In this document: positions 27,312 to 37,368 of the stretch, piece after piece
Position numbering within the stretch: position 1 is the first letter of the stretch
Layout of the letters: every line of letters begins with the position of its first letter
NCBI GenBank assembly: GCA_045636845.1
Contig: JAZTYG010000011.1
Span: 1,345-65,344, forward strand
Direction: 5' to 3'
Source: Candidatus Scatosoma sp.
GTDB taxonomy: Bacteria > Bacillota > Clostridia > Christensenellales > Borkfalkiaceae
Length of the DNA: 64,000 nt
Position numbers and translations under genes: made by a program
The notes under the pieces: model-generated
Seen by the model: the letters and a program-made list of their open reading frames with translations, nothing else
What the model was told of the DNA's origin: nothing
The model's database searches: none

Positions 27312-30300
27312 TTACAATACGAAATAGCTATCGTCTTGGTTCGTCGAGCAGTACATAAATTGACCACGATCTTCCGTGAAGTCACAATACTTCGCAGTTG
27401 CAACGCCCTTAGGCATTTCAAATCTCGTATTCGCAAACGCGTTTTCTGCAAAGGTGATACCATCCTTGAAGGTACCGTTCATCACGATGTCTTCCAAAGC
27501 GGTACAGCCGTCAAATGCACGTACTTGAATACCGATAATACCAACAGGCGTATCCAAGCCCTTTTCATTCAAGAAACTGCTTCTATAATCGCCCAAAGCA
27601 GAGCTAAATACAACCTTCTTCAACGAAGTACATTTGGTAAATGCACCGATCTGAATCATTACGGGAGCATTGAACGTACCTACACCCTTTTCTTCGAATA
27701 CAACATTCGTCAAAGAGGTACAATTTGCAAACGCAAATACACCGATACTTTGTTCAAACTTATCCGTGGATTGATATTTATTAACTGAACCAGGCTGATT
27801 AGGATCCCATTCGTAAGCATATTCACTAAGCGCAATCGCAGCCGCTCTTACACGATAAGGAATGGTGAATACATATTCGCCAGTAGCTTCGTCGTATGCA
27901 CCCTTAAGGTTTCTACAGTTAAGGAATGCATAGTCACCGATACTCAAGCGTTGCGTACCGCCTGCTTCGAAGATAACGTTTTCAAGTTTCGTACAGTTTG
28001 CAAATGCATACGCGCCGATACCGTCAACATCTTCAAGTACAGGACGCCCCATGTAGCCCATACCTCTACCAGGTTCAAGAATCCAGTCACCCACTACAAA
28101 GTCCGAATAAACCGTCTTAGGAATGGTAATGCTAGTCAAGGATACACAACCGTCAAATGCGTGTGCGCCAATCTTTTCAAGCGAGATAGGCAAGGTTACG
28201 GAAACAAGGTATCTACAATCCTTAAATGCATTTGCAGGGATAGCGGTAATCGTATCGGGCAATACAATGCCTTCAATGTCCGTACCCTGGAATGCGCCTT
28301 CTGCAAGCGAAAGTACCGAATTAGGAATGGTAAGTACGCCAGAAGCGCTAGGAAGTACATAGATGATTTCCGTCTTCATCGTATTGTAGAGGATACCGCT
28401 ATCATACGAGAAGTTCATGTTACCACCTTCAACAGCGATGTCGCTCAAATCAGTACAGCCAGCAAATGCGCCGATACCAAGCGTTTCCAAAGAAACAGGG
28501 ATCGAGAACGATGTCAAAGCAGTACAGTTCGTAAACGCCATCGAAGCGATGGAGATGATGCCATCCTGCAAAGCAACACTTGCAAGAGACCTACAGTTTG
28601 CAAACGCATATTCATCAATCGAAATTACACTAGAAGGCAAGCTAATCGCCGTAAGTGCAGTACCGTCAAATGCGTGAGTACCGATGGTTTCAACGCCATC
28701 ATTCCAAGCTACATTCGCAAGTTTTCCACAACCCTTGAACGCGTTGCTGCCGATCGTCGTTACGCCAGCACCGAACTTAATGTCGGTAAGGTTGGTACAA
28801 CCTTCAAATGCGCTGGTGCCGATTGTCGATACGAAATCGGGAAGCACCATGCTCTTCAAAGCAGTACAGCCTGCAAATGCCGAATCAGGAATTGCTTCGA
28901 TACCGCCAGAGAAGGTTACATTCGTCAAAGATGTACAGCCATTGAATGCCACCGCACCGATTGCGCTAACACTTGAAGGCATCGTGATCGAGGTCAACTT
29001 CGTACAACCCTTGAACGCAGATGCGCCAATCGTCGTACAATCGCCCAAGAAGGTAACTTCTTCAAGAGCCGTACAACCTTCAAACGTACCACCGCTTGTG
29101 GTCAATCTAGGCAACAAGCCGCCAACATTAGGAATCGCAATCTTCTTCAAAGAGGTACAACCTTGGAAGGTACCCTGCATCATGGTGATCATTGCATACT
29201 TATCTTCCATAAATGTAACGCTCGTCAAGGACTTACAACCCTGGAAAGTGCTATCCATCGAATCGATAGTCGCAGGAATATTGGATACAGTTTTCAACAG
29301 CGTACAGTTGTAGAATGTATACTTCAAGCTCGTGGACTGGTTACCATTTTCGAATACGATATTCTCGAATGCACAACCAGCAAAGACATGAGAACCAGAG
29401 AATACCACATCGGAAGGAACGGTGAATACATTCTTCGCGTCGGCACCTTCACCGATGGTTTTACCCCTCAAATTTGTACAGCTACTGAATGCTTGGTCGC
29501 CCAAGTTAAGAGGCGCCATTCTGCCTTCCTCGAAGGTGATTTGCGTCAAGTACTTACAAGATGCAAACGCCTTGTAAGCAATCGTCACTACATCCTTGGA
29601 AATAACAAGGTTCGTCAACTGGTTGTGACCAGAAACATTACCGCTAAACGCGTACGCGCCAATCGATTGAATGCCAGCAGGTACAACATACTTGCCTGCA
29701 ACATTAATCGTTTCGGGATTGCCTTCTTTGTCAAGCACAACTTCGCCGTTTTCATCCAGCTTGTTTTCCACCGTGCCAATGGCTTTTCCTACGGGGTAAT
29801 ATACGATTTCGGTGAAGTCCTTATTGTAAAGAACGCCATCCTTAGACGAATAGTAATCGCCTTCATATACGCCGTTGTCATTTGCTTTTTCACCAACCTG
29901 TACGGTTGCCAACTTCGACAAGCCTTTGAAGAGGAAGCGGTCTTGACCGCCTTCTACCGTCGAAATACTGCTAAGCGATTTAGGAAGCTGCAAGAACGTC
30001 AAGTTCGAAAGCGAACCAAATGCGCTTTGATTCAAAGTCGTAATACTGTCGGGCAATGCCAACGAGGTAATCTTTACATTATTGAATGCGCTAAAACCGA
30101 TCGATGTACACTTGCTACCAGGAGCAAAGCTAACACTCGTAAGTTGGCTACATCCGCTAAATGCAGAACTACCGATGCTTTCTACCGATGCAGGGATGGT
30201 AATGCTCGTCAATTTATAGCTAGTATTCGTACCGCAGCTTGCAAATGCGTTGGTAGGAATATTCTTAAGTTTGCTATTCGTTGCAAACATAATCGTCTTC

Positions 30301-33300
30301 AAACGCGAACAACCGCTAAATTGATAGCCGCCTTCTGCCATTTCAGCCAAAGTCGAAGGTAAGGTTACACTTCTAAGGTTGGTACAGCCTTGGAATGCAT
30401 AGGTTCCAATGGTCGTCAAACGTTCGGGAAGAACAAGCGTCTGGAAGTTCGATTGCGTCCAACCGCGGAATGCGTAAGCGCCGATAACCAAATCAACAGG
30501 TTCCACATCCTTAGGCGTAGCCTCGAATTCGAGATATCTCATCGTCGTACAGCCATCTGCTGCATTCGCCGCGATTTCTCTCGTGGTATAAGGAACGATA
30601 TGCTTATAATCATATGTCGTACCGCTCGTATTCTTACCCTTGTATTGTTTAGGCATGTAATACAAAACAGCTTTTACATAATGACCGTTATCTTCTTCCA
30701 TCTTATAGATTGCACCGTCTTGCGAGCCATAGTATTTACCACCTTCGTCGATATTGATAGCATAGACGGTTCTACCCCACTGGTTAATGTTGAATGTATC
30801 TCTAGAGATACCTTCTTCATCTACAACAATCTTTTGACCGTCTTGGTTGGTCGTAATAGTATGGATGGGAGCAATACGGTTAGGGAAGTTAAACGTAGTC
30901 ATAGGCAAGTTTGCAAACGCTTCGTAACCGAAGGAGATTTCGCCCTCACCTGCGCCAAATTCAATCGTCGTCAAGCCTGCGCCAAAGAACGCCTTGTTGC
31001 CGATTGCATATTCCTGCGAAGTATTTTCATCCACATAAGGCGTGTTTTGTACAGTGCCAGGGATATAGATACTCTTCAAAAGAGAACAGTTTTCAAATGC
31101 GTTCTTGCCGATACGGCTCAATTTCGAGGTCTTATTAATCGTTACAGTTGCCAAATTCTTACAGCCCTTGAACGTAAATTCGTTAATAAGCGTTACACGG
31201 TCGGGAATTTCAATAGCCGTCAATGCAGAACAGTCTGCAAATACGCCCTTGTCGTTCATTTCCGCACCGCTTTCCGAAGTAGCAGCTACACCGATAATAA
31301 GGTCTTCCGTACCTTCATTAAACGTAACCTTATCAAGCTTGTTACAGTTTGCAAATGCGCCGAAACCGATTGCAGTAATCGTACCCGGAATAACAACTTC
31401 TTTCAAGCCGGAGCTGTAGAAGGTACCCACAGGGATCGTTGTACCTGCATAGCCAGTTTCAAACGAAGCCGTTGTCAAGCTAAGACATTCTGCAAATACG
31501 CTTTCACCCATTACAGAAACGCCTGCAGGGATTTGTACCGATGTAATAGCTGTCTTAGCAAATGCGTAGTTACCGATTTCTTCCAAGCCCGTAGGGAATT
31601 CGATAGAGGTCATACTTACATTGTAGAATGCCTTATCTGCAACCTTTTGGGTACGAGCGGGAAGGCTTACGCTAGTGATAGCGCCGCAACCTGCAAATGC
31701 GCTTTCATCGATGATAAGTTTCGCCGTGTCGTTGCCTTCTGCAAATTCAAGCGTTACCAACGAACCGCTGTTCGCAAATGCGTTTTTACCGATATAGGTA
31801 ATCGTGTTATCGATCACGATCTTCGTGATATGGTGCATACCCTTGAATGCGCCTTCCGAAATCGTCGTTACGCCTTCGGGAATATCATATTCGCCGCTTT
31901 CCGTGTTTCTGCCCTTCGGGAAGAACATCAATACGGTACCGTCTTTCGAGTAAACAACGCCGTCGATATCTTTGTAATATTCGTTATCATCTGCTACGAA
32001 TACGTTAGCGATATTCGTACAGCCGTCAAATACACCAAGGTTAAGTTCCGTAACCGACTTAGGAAGGTTGATTTCTACCAAACCTTTACATTCGCTAAAT
32101 ACATAGTTACCAAACTTGATATCGCCTTGATCGCCATCCGCGAAGTTAACTTCGTGCAAGGATGCCGCTTTTTCAAATGCATAGTCGCCGATATAGGTCA
32201 ACGTCGTAGGAATGGTAAGCGAACGCAATGCGATTGCATTTGCAAACGCTCTTTCACCGATAGTGTTTACAACGCTATTTGCATCAAAGAGAATTTCTTT
32301 GAGGTTGGACATATCCGCAAACGCGCCTTCGCCGATATCCGTCTTCATGCCTGCTACTGCGCCGCCGATAAATTCAACGCGAGCAATACGAGAACAGTTA
32401 GCAAATGCATAATCACCAATCGTCTTAACATAACCGGGGATGCTTACTACCGTTAACTTATCACAATCATAGAACGCATAAGGAGCGATGGTTTCAATAC
32501 CTTGAGGAATGGTGTATGCGCCACTTCTTGCCGTAGGACAGAAGATAAGCTCGTCGCCTGCCTTGTTGGTGATGATACCGTTGTTCGATGCGTAAATTTG
32601 GTTACCAAGCTCGATGTTGATATGCGTAAGTGCGCCACAACCCGAGAACATCGTCATCGTATGCGTTTCTTCGTTAATCTGCAATTCGGACAAACGTGCA
32701 GGAAGCGTGATTGCCGAAAGGTTCGTACAGTTCTGGAATGCGCCATCTTCGATTACCAAGTTATCCGTACCGCCTGCCGCGAAGGTAATCTTCTTAAGCG
32801 TGGAGCAGTTATAGAACGCTTTCGCGCGGATAACCGTCGTCGATGCAGCAATCGTAATTTCCGTAATCTGCGTCTTTTCAAACAAGTTCATAGGGATTTC
32901 CGTTACGCCTTCGGGAACGGTATAAGCACCCTTCTTTGCTTGAGGATAGTACGCAATTTGCGTGTGACCGGTAAGTTCGTCCTTATGGATAAGAACGCCG
33001 TCTACCGACCAGTATGTTGCGAGCGCGCTGTTCGCAATAACACTCTTAACATTGATTTCTTCCAAACGCTTACAGCCTTGGAATGCCGAATATTCAACAA
33101 TCTTAACAGAATCAGGAATCGTAAGGCTTACGAGTTTCGTACAATCCTTAAATGCGAAACCATCAACAACCGTAACGGGTTGGCTGTTATAGGTTGCAGG
33201 AATTTCGATTGCAGCAACCTTTGTCGCATTGATACCTCTCGTTACCGAATAGGTGCCGTCTTCCAAAAGGTTGAATTCAAGCACTTTATTGATATATACA

Positions 33301-36014
33301 GCGTAAACCGTTGCATCTGCTTTCGCATTCCAAGGTTTAATGCTGTAACCACGGTTATCCGTCAACTGTTCGCTGTTCGAGTTTGTACCCAAGAACCAGC
33401 CCAAGAATACCGTATCGCCTTCCGTTTGAGGAACTGCGAGCTGGTAGCCCTGCGTGTAATATACATCACCGCTAACAACGCCATCGGGAAGCGTACCGCT
33501 ATCGCCAACAACATAGTTCGCCTTGAACATTGCAGGTACCCAGTATGCGTACAAGATCATGTCTTGGTTTTCCGTGAAGTAGCCGCCTTCATATTTTTGA
33601 CCATTGCTTTCGGGGCCTTTAGCCGTGTTATACCAACCTGCGAAGGTATAGCCTGCGCGGGTAGGAGTAGGCAACGTAATCTTATCGCCGGTTACCTTGT
33701 ATTGATAGGTTACATCTGCAGGATTGCCGCCGTCTGCGTTGCGGTAATCAAATACGATTTCTTGAGCGTCCGTTACTTCGATGCTCTTCCAATTGCCGTA
33801 CTTGTTGTTCGCTTCGTCAATATAACGAATATAAATCGTGTTCGTGCCCGCCTGCGTAAGTTCAACTTCTGCAAAGTTGTCACCGTTTGCGATCTTTTGC
33901 ATCGTCGTCTGTGTATTTACATAGATTTCATAACCAGTTGCGCCAAGAACGGGTTCCCAAGTTACTACGCCAGCCTTATACTTAATCTTGTTGCTCATCG
34001 TGTAGTAAAGAACATCAATGGGATCCGACCATACGGATTCATTCGTAGCGCTCTTCGCCTTGATGTTAACTTGATAGTTCATATCTTCAACCCAAGCAAT
34101 CGCGCTGGTGATATCGAAACTATTCGTCGTAGCCGTGAAGGTCTGGTTGCCGATCATGATTACATATTCTTCCGCGTCAGCAACTGCATCCCAAGTCAAG
34201 ATATAGCCCTGTACGTCGTTCGTAACTACGATATTACCAGGAGCTGCAAGCTTGGTCTTTTCATATTCATATTCCGTTGCATCGGGGGAGTTATAACCCT
34301 TCGTCTGCGCATAAACTTCGATCTTAATCTTGCCGTCAGCCGCAGCAGGGCATTCCTTCAACGAGAAGCTCGTCTTAGCCCCTACATCGATATCGATATG
34401 GGTATGAGCGTCATTACCGCAGGTAATCGAAACGATATAGTTGGTTGCATTTTCAACCTCATACCAAGTAACCATCTGGGTTTCTTCGTCAACGGTGATA
34501 CCTTCAACCTTTTCCAACGAACGTTCGTAGAAGAATACTTCCGAGGTTACAGGCGCGTAACCGTCAGCCACTGCGGTTACGGTAAATTCGATACCGCCCG
34601 TCTTCATTTCACAGTTCGCGAAGTTGTAGTAAATTCTTTCGCCGTTGTTATACATTTCGTGCGTATGAGCCGTATCGCCGCACTTAACCGTAATGTAATA
34701 AGCTTCTGCGTTAGGAACACGGTTATAAATCAAAGTCGTGCCGTTGATAACGTTGAATTTCGAAACACGGCCAACCGCTTTGTTCTTATACCATCTTACA
34801 ATCGTTTCAGAGTTGTTTGCGTCACCGCTGGATGCAAGTGCGGTAACTTCTACCTTGTAGTCGCCTTCCACCATCTCGGCAAAGTCAAATGCATATTCAA
34901 TCGTCGTAACATCATCATCGAACATTACATAACCAGTAGGATCGGTTATCTTAAGGCGATATCTACTTGCGCCGTCGATACCGTTCCATTGAATACGGTC
35001 GCCGAAAATTTGCACTTCGGGATTAGAAATCTTCGAACCAATATCCTCGGGTTCCCATACCGCAAAGAGCGTAGTATTTGCGTCAAATACGGTGTCCTTC
35101 GTCCACTTATAGGTAAGTCTTTCACCGTCTTCATCCATACTAATCCACCAACCGCAGAACTTATAGCCAGCTCTTACAGGCGTGGGCGCATCATAAATCT
35201 GACCTGCCTTCGTATCAATCGTTGCAGGCGTTTCTGCATCGTAGCCCAAATCAAAGTCAACGGTGTAAACTGCCATAGAGGGATCGACCTTAGCCCACTG
35301 TGCATACAACGTGATATTGTCGGTTACGATTTCCGTTCCAAAGACATACGGAGTAGTGTATTCACTATCCACATACCAACCAAGGAATTCGTGATCGGCC
35401 TTCGTAGGATCGCTGGGGCTTTCAAACGTTTTACCATTGACAACCGTCGTATCAGCAACTTCGCTGCCGCCCATTTCATCATACGAAACCGTATAATATA
35501 CTTTCTTATAGAATTTGTATTGATTCTCACCCTGCGTTACCGACATAACGTTGCCATCAATCGTTGCAACCATATCTTCAACGCCATCAAATTTTATCGT
35601 GATTGTATCACCGTCAACGGTATATGTACCGATCTTCGTTTCGCCGCCAACCGTATAAATTGCTTTACCGTCGTCAGCCAACGAAATTTGATACTCTTCC
35701 ATGCCTGCGTCATAATAGAACAAACCAAGACCAGAGGTATGTTCTACAGAAGAAGAAGTGGAATCACCGCCACTGCCGCCAGAAGGGCCATCAGGACCTT
35801 CATTGTTATTTAGAGCCAAAACCATACCCACAGATACAGCCGCAGTCGTTACAACGCTAACGCCGATTGCGGTAAGCATCTTCCAGTTCTTCACAAAGAA
35901 GTTTCTCATTTTTGTGAGCATTTCGTTCGGTTTTTTCGGTTCGCCGTTTTGCGTCGTGTTATTAACTTCGTTTTCAGTTACATCAACGACTTTCTTTTCG
36001 TCTTCACCATTCAT
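27312..36014 (-). CDS. giant (~2900 aa) signal-anchored surface protein: InlB B-repeats + 5 Fn3-like modules + ~1900 aa of BspA-type LRRs
   Basis: The track ORF opens at 36044, but GGAGG (36027-36023) lies 8 nt before ATG 36014 (MNGEDEKK...). Signal-anchor MLTAIGVSVVTTAAVSVGMVLAL. B-repeats: YYTVSYDEMGGSEV...ITLYAQW, YTVDFDLGYDAE...TTLFAVW, and two more at aa ~760-900. Fn3-like modules at aa ~335-720. LRR pattern IP..V..IG..AF..C..L to near the C-terminus. No LPXTG. Confidence 0.9.
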   Translation of the reverse strand: MNGEDEKKVVDVTENEVNNTTQNGEPKKPNEMLTKMRNFFVKNWKMLTAIGVSVVTTAAVSVGMVLALNNNEGPDGPSGGSGGDSTSSSVEHTSGLGLFYYDAGMEEYQISLADDGKAIYTVGGETKIGTYTVDGDTITIKFDGVEDMVATIDGNVMSVTQGENQYKFYKKVYYTVSYDEMGGSEVADTTVVNGKTFESPSDPTKADHEFLGWYVDSEYTTPYVFGTEIVTDNITLYAQWAKVDPSMAVYTVDFDLGYDAETPATIDTKAGQIYDAPTPVRAGYKFCGWWISMDEDGERLTYKWTKDTVFDANTTLFAVWEPEDIGSKISNPEVQIFGDRIQWNGIDGASRYRLKITDPTGYVMFDDDVTTIEYAFDFAEMVEGDYKVEVTALASSGDANNSETIVRWYKNKAVGRVSKFNVINGTTLIYNRVPNAEAYYITVKCGDTAHTHEMYNNGERIYYNFANCEMKTGGIEFTVTAVADGYAPVTSEVFFYERSLEKVEGITVDEETQMVTWYEVENATNYIVSITCGNDAHTHIDIDVGAKTSFSLKECPAAADGKIKIEVYAQTKGYNSPDATEYEYEKTKLAAPGNIVVTNDVQGYILTWDAVADAEEYVIMIGNQTFTATTNSFDITSAIAWVEDMNYQVNIKAKSATNESVWSDPIDVLYYTMSNKIKYKAGVVTWEPVLGATGYEIYVNTQTTMQKIANGDNFAEVELTQAGTNTIYIRYIDEANNKYGNWKSIEVTDAQEIVFDYRNADGGNPADVTYQYKVTGDKITLPTPTRAGYTFAGWYNTAKGPESNGQKYEGGYFTENQDMILYAYWVPAMFKANYVVGDSGTLPDGVVSGDVYYTQGYQLAVPQTEGDTVFLGWFLGTNSNSEQLTDNRGYSIKPWNAKADATVYAVYINKVLEFNLLEDGTYSVTRGINATKVAAIEIPATYNSQPVTVVDGFAFKDCTKLVSLTIPDSVKIVEYSAFQGCKRLEEINVKSVIANSALATYWSVDGVLIHKDELTGHTQIAYYPQAKKGAYTVPEGVTEIPMNLFEKTQITEITIAASTTVIRAKAFYNCSTLKKITFAAGGTDNLVIEDGAFQNCTNLSAITLPARLSELQINEETHTMTMFSGCGALTHINIELGNQIYASNNGIITNKAGDELIFCPTARSGAYTIPQGIETIAPYAFYDCDKLTVVSIPGYVKTIGDYAFANCSRIARVEFIGGAVAGMKTDIGEGAFADMSNLKEILFDANSVVNTIGERAFANAIALRSLTIPTTLTYIGDYAFEKAASLHEVNFADGDQGDIKFGNYVFSECKGLVEINLPKSVTELNLGVFDGCTNIANVFVADDNEYYKDIDGVVYSKDGTVLMFFPKGRNTESGEYDIPEGVTTISEGAFKGMHHITKIVIDNTITYIGKNAFANSGSLVTLEFAEGNDTAKLIIDESAFAGCGAITSVSLPARTQKVADKAFYNVSMTSIEFPTGLEEIGNYAFAKTAITSVQIPAGVSVMGESVFAECLSLTTASFETGYAGTTIPVGTFYSSGLKEVVIPGTITAIGFGAFANCNKLDKVTFNEGTEDLIIGVAATSESGAEMNDKGVFADCSALTAIEIPDRVTLINEFTFKGCKNLATVTINKTSKLSRIGKNAFENCSLLKSIYIPGTVQNTPYVDENTSQEYAIGNKAFFGAGLTTIEFGAGEGEISFGYEAFANLPMTTFNFPNRIAPIHTITTNQDGQKIVVDEEGISRDTFNINQWGRTVYAINIDEGGKYYGSQDGAIYKMEEDNGHYVKAVLYYMPKQYKGKNTSGTTYDYKHIVPYTTREIAANAADGCTTMRYLEFEATPKDVEPVDLVIGAYAFRGWTQSNFQTLVLPERLTTIGTYAFQGCTNLRSVTLPSTLAEMAEGGYQFSGCSRLKTIMFATNSKLKNIPTNAFASCGTNTSYKLTSITIPASVESIGSSAFSGCSQLTSVSFAPGSKCTSIGFSAFNNVKITSLALPDSITTLNQSAFGSLSNLTFLQLPKSLSSISTVEGGQDRFLFKGLSKLATVQVGEKANDNGVYEGDYYSSKDGVLYNKDFTEIVYYPVGKAIGTVENKLDENGEVVLDKEGNPETINVAGKYVVPAGIQSIGAYAFSGNVSGHNQLTNLVISKDVVTIAYKAFASCKYLTQITFEEGRMAPLNLGDQAFSSCTNLRGKTIGEGADAKNVFTVPSDVVFSGSHVFAGCAFENIVFENGNQSTSLKYTFYNCTLLKTVSNIPATIDSMDSTFQGCKSLTSVTFMEDKYAMITMMQGTFQGCTSLKKIAIPNVGGLLPRLTTSGGTFEGCTALEEVTFLGDCTTIGASAFKGCTKLTSITMPSSVSAIGAVAFNGCTSLTNVTFSGGIEAIPDSAFAGCTALKSMVLPDFVSTIGTSAFEGCTNLTDIKFGAGVTTIGSNAFKGCGKLANVAWNDGVETIGTHAFDGTALTAISLPSSVISIDEYAFANCRSLASVALQDGIISIASMAFTNCTALTSFSIPVSLETLGIGAFAGCTDLSDIAVEGGNMNFSYDSGILYNTMKTEIIYVLPSASGVLTIPNSVLSLAEGAFQGTDIEGIVLPDTITAIPANAFKDCRYLVSVTLPISLEKIGAHAFDGCVSLTSITIPKTVYSDFVVGDWILEPGRGMGYMGRPVLEDVDGIGAYAFANCTKLENVIFEAGGTQRLSIGDYAFLNCRNLKGAYDEATGEYVFTIPYRVRAAAIALSEYAYEWDPNQPGSVNKYQSTDKFEQSIGVFAFANCTSLTNVVFEEKGVGTFNAPVMIQIGAFTKCTSLKKVVFSSALGDYRSSFLNEKGLDTPVGIIGIQVRAFDGCTALEDIVMNGTFKDGITFAENAFANTRFEMPKGVATAKYCDFTEDRGQFMYCSTNQDDSYFVL

Positions 36015-36114
36015 AATCTTTTCCTCCATTTTTCCCTCATCCACAGCGTTGGTCAGGCGCCGTTAGATTTATTTTGTGCATCAAAACATATCAAAAAATG
36101 TAATGATACAATAA

Positions 36115-36143
36115 ATTTTAATCGAAAAAGTGCATTTTGTCAA
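36115..36143 (-). promoter_or_regulatory. sigma-A-type promoter of the 2900-aa giant gene
   Basis: Minus strand TTGACA (36143-36138), 17 nt, TAAAAT (36120-36115). About 95 nt upstream of ATG 36014. Confidence 0.55.
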
Positions 36144-36365
36144 GCGTTCTAATGCAAAAAAATCAAAAAAAATGCTATTTTTTAATAAAATTATTATAAT
36201 GTAAGCGAAAAATATAATAATTTCAATCAAAAAAATCGATTTTAGGGGCATTTTTGGCGAAAAAGGCAAAGTTTTTTACAATATCGCACCAAATTTCCAA
36301 AATTGCGTTTTCTCTTTTATCCGCCTAATGATTTTGATATTTTTTTGACAAATTTTTAACAAAAC

Positions 36366-36395
36366 GGAAAAAATAAAAAACCGACGAACGGCTTT
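36366..36395 (-). terminator. weak terminator-like hairpin + U-tract in the 36.1-36.6 kb spacer
   Basis: Minus-strand AAAGCCG-UUCGU-CGGUUUU, then UUAUUUUUU. The GC core is only 3 bp. About 260 nt after the stop of the 209-aa gene. Confidence 0.3.
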
Positions 36396-36622
36396 CTAAA
36401 AATAACCCCAAATTAAGATATGCAAATCCCCTGCAAAAAGTTATCTAATCCCCCTTATTTTGTCGGGCAATTTGCCCTGTCAAAATGCCAACCGTTACCC
36501 TAGACAAGAGAACACCCGACAAATGATGAAAATACCACCAATGAAAACCCTTATTTCTTATCCATCGCCTTCCCCGTTTTTTCTAAGGAGCATTTAACGG
36601 AAAAACGATATACTTTTTGCAT

Positions 36623-36641
36623 TTCAACGCGTACCTGCCCC
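36623..36641 (-). repeat. oriented 20-nt word, copy 1 (non-coding, 12 nt after a stop codon)
   Basis: Plus strand ttcaacgcgtacctgcccc. One substitution in the 13-nt core. Confidence 0.7.
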
Positions 36642-36652
36642 TTGGCTTTGGG

Positions 36653-37282
36653 TTAAACCGTATATTTTGCCGATAATTTTAAGAGGGCGGCGCACATATC
36701 ATTCATACCCCGTAACTCCTCAACCGTCCAAACTGTTTTTCCGCGATACAAGGAAAGAATTTTCTCCATTTCTTCCGCCTGCAAACGCTCCGCAATGCTC
36801 AAAGGGGCGCTTTTAACCTTTCCCAACAAAGCACGCACATAACCAAGGCGTGCGCGAACCTGCGTTGTCTTCACCTCATTCTCCACACGCAAGCCGTCCT
36901 GCAATCGGGCGCGGATATAGGCATTTTCCCTTTGCGGAAGGGCATATTCTACCCTTTTTGCCGTTTCCGCCTGCATTTTTTTCCTTTTCGCAACCCTTTC
37001 GCGCCTCAATATCATACCAAACAGCAATAGATATACGCTGCCGCCAAAGACAAGCAACAGAGAAACGCCTGCCCATGCGACCTCTTTTGCAATACCGAAA
37101 AAGGGAGTAAAAATACCCAAACCGCCAAAAACCACAGCGGAAAATGCAACATAGATACGGGTATCCTTGCACCCGTACGAGATTGCCGCCAACAAAAGGA
37201 ACAATCCTGCAATCATGCAAATTACCACCGACCAAACCGCTTCTTTTTGAAAAAAGTCTACACACCATTCGATTATTCGCAT
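36653..37282 (-). CDS. hypothetical membrane protein (209 aa, 3 TM + basic helical C-domain)
   Basis: GGAGG 7 nt before the ATG. TM segments: VWSVVICMIAGLFLLLAAISY, IYVAFSAVVFGGLGIFTPFF, AWAGVSLLLVFGGSVYLLLFGMIL. No family recognised. Confidence 0.6.
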   Translation of the reverse strand: MRIIEWCVDFFQKEAVWSVVICMIAGLFLLLAAISYGCKDTRIYVAFSAVVFGGLGIFTPFFGIAKEVAWAGVSLLLVFGGSVYLLLFGMILRRERVAKRKKMQAETAKRVEYALPQRENAYIRARLQDGLRVENEVKTTQVRARLGYVRALLGKVKSAPLSIAERLQAEEMEKILSLYRGKTVWTVEELRGMNDMCAALLKLSAKYTV

Positions 37283-37368
37283 AAAAAATCCTCCGTATAG
37301 GCATATTCCCTATTCGAAGGACTTCTTTTTTGTTATTTTTGTCGAAAAACGACCTCTTTTGTCAAAGG

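Noticed and set aside
26994-27788. 264-aa plus-strand ORF spanning the intergenic region and the 3' end of the giant gene.
   Set aside because: No RBS. The first part crosses promoter/terminator DNA and the remainder is antisense shadow. The translation is low-complexity.
32502-35813. Very long plus-strand ORFs (1103 aa here; also 283..1647, 3060..4253, 5001..7403, 8289..10715, 10749..12191, 30390..32456, 27951..28976 and others).
   Set aside because: All lie fully antisense to domain-rich minus-strand genes. Their translations are R/C/F/V/N-rich low-complexity strings with no motifs, and they lack RBSs. They are shadow ORFs caused by codon bias of the real genes.
27312-36014. Regular ~69-nt periodicity that could be mistaken for a CRISPR or satellite array.
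   Set aside because: It is the 23-residue BspA-type LRR unit at protein level. The units are diverged at nt level and there is no repeat/spacer structure. No cas genes are present.
4764-36014. Sortase (LPXTG), SLH or choline-binding anchoring signals in the giant proteins.
   Set aside because: I scanned the C-termini by eye and found only non-terminal LPETL/LPSTL-like strings inside LRR units. Anchoring appears to be by N-terminal TM helix or lipid.
27090-36255. Inverted 13-mers flanking the giant gene as possible terminal inverted repeats of a mobile element.
   Set aside because: The match does not extend beyond 13 nt. There are no target-site duplication and no transposase or integrase, and the gene has normal promoter/terminator signals. 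It is kept only as a possible operator.
36081-36269. 62-aa minus-strand ORF (I/F-rich) upstream of the giant gene.
   Set aside because: It overlaps the predicted promoter in 75-80 percent AT DNA, has no RBS, and its composition is what AT-rich sequence yields by chance.
36465-36490. ACAGGGCAAA on the minus strand, which resembles the start of c-di-GMP-I (GEMM) riboswitches.
   Set aside because: The rest of the GEMM consensus (GNRA tetraloop/receptor, ACGCAAAGC, second stem) is absent.
36876-37304. 142-aa and 66-aa ORFs overlapping the 209-aa membrane-protein gene in other frames.
   Set aside because: The 209-aa frame has a GGAGG RBS and clear TM-helix periodicity. The alternatives are R/C/G-rich and lack start signals.
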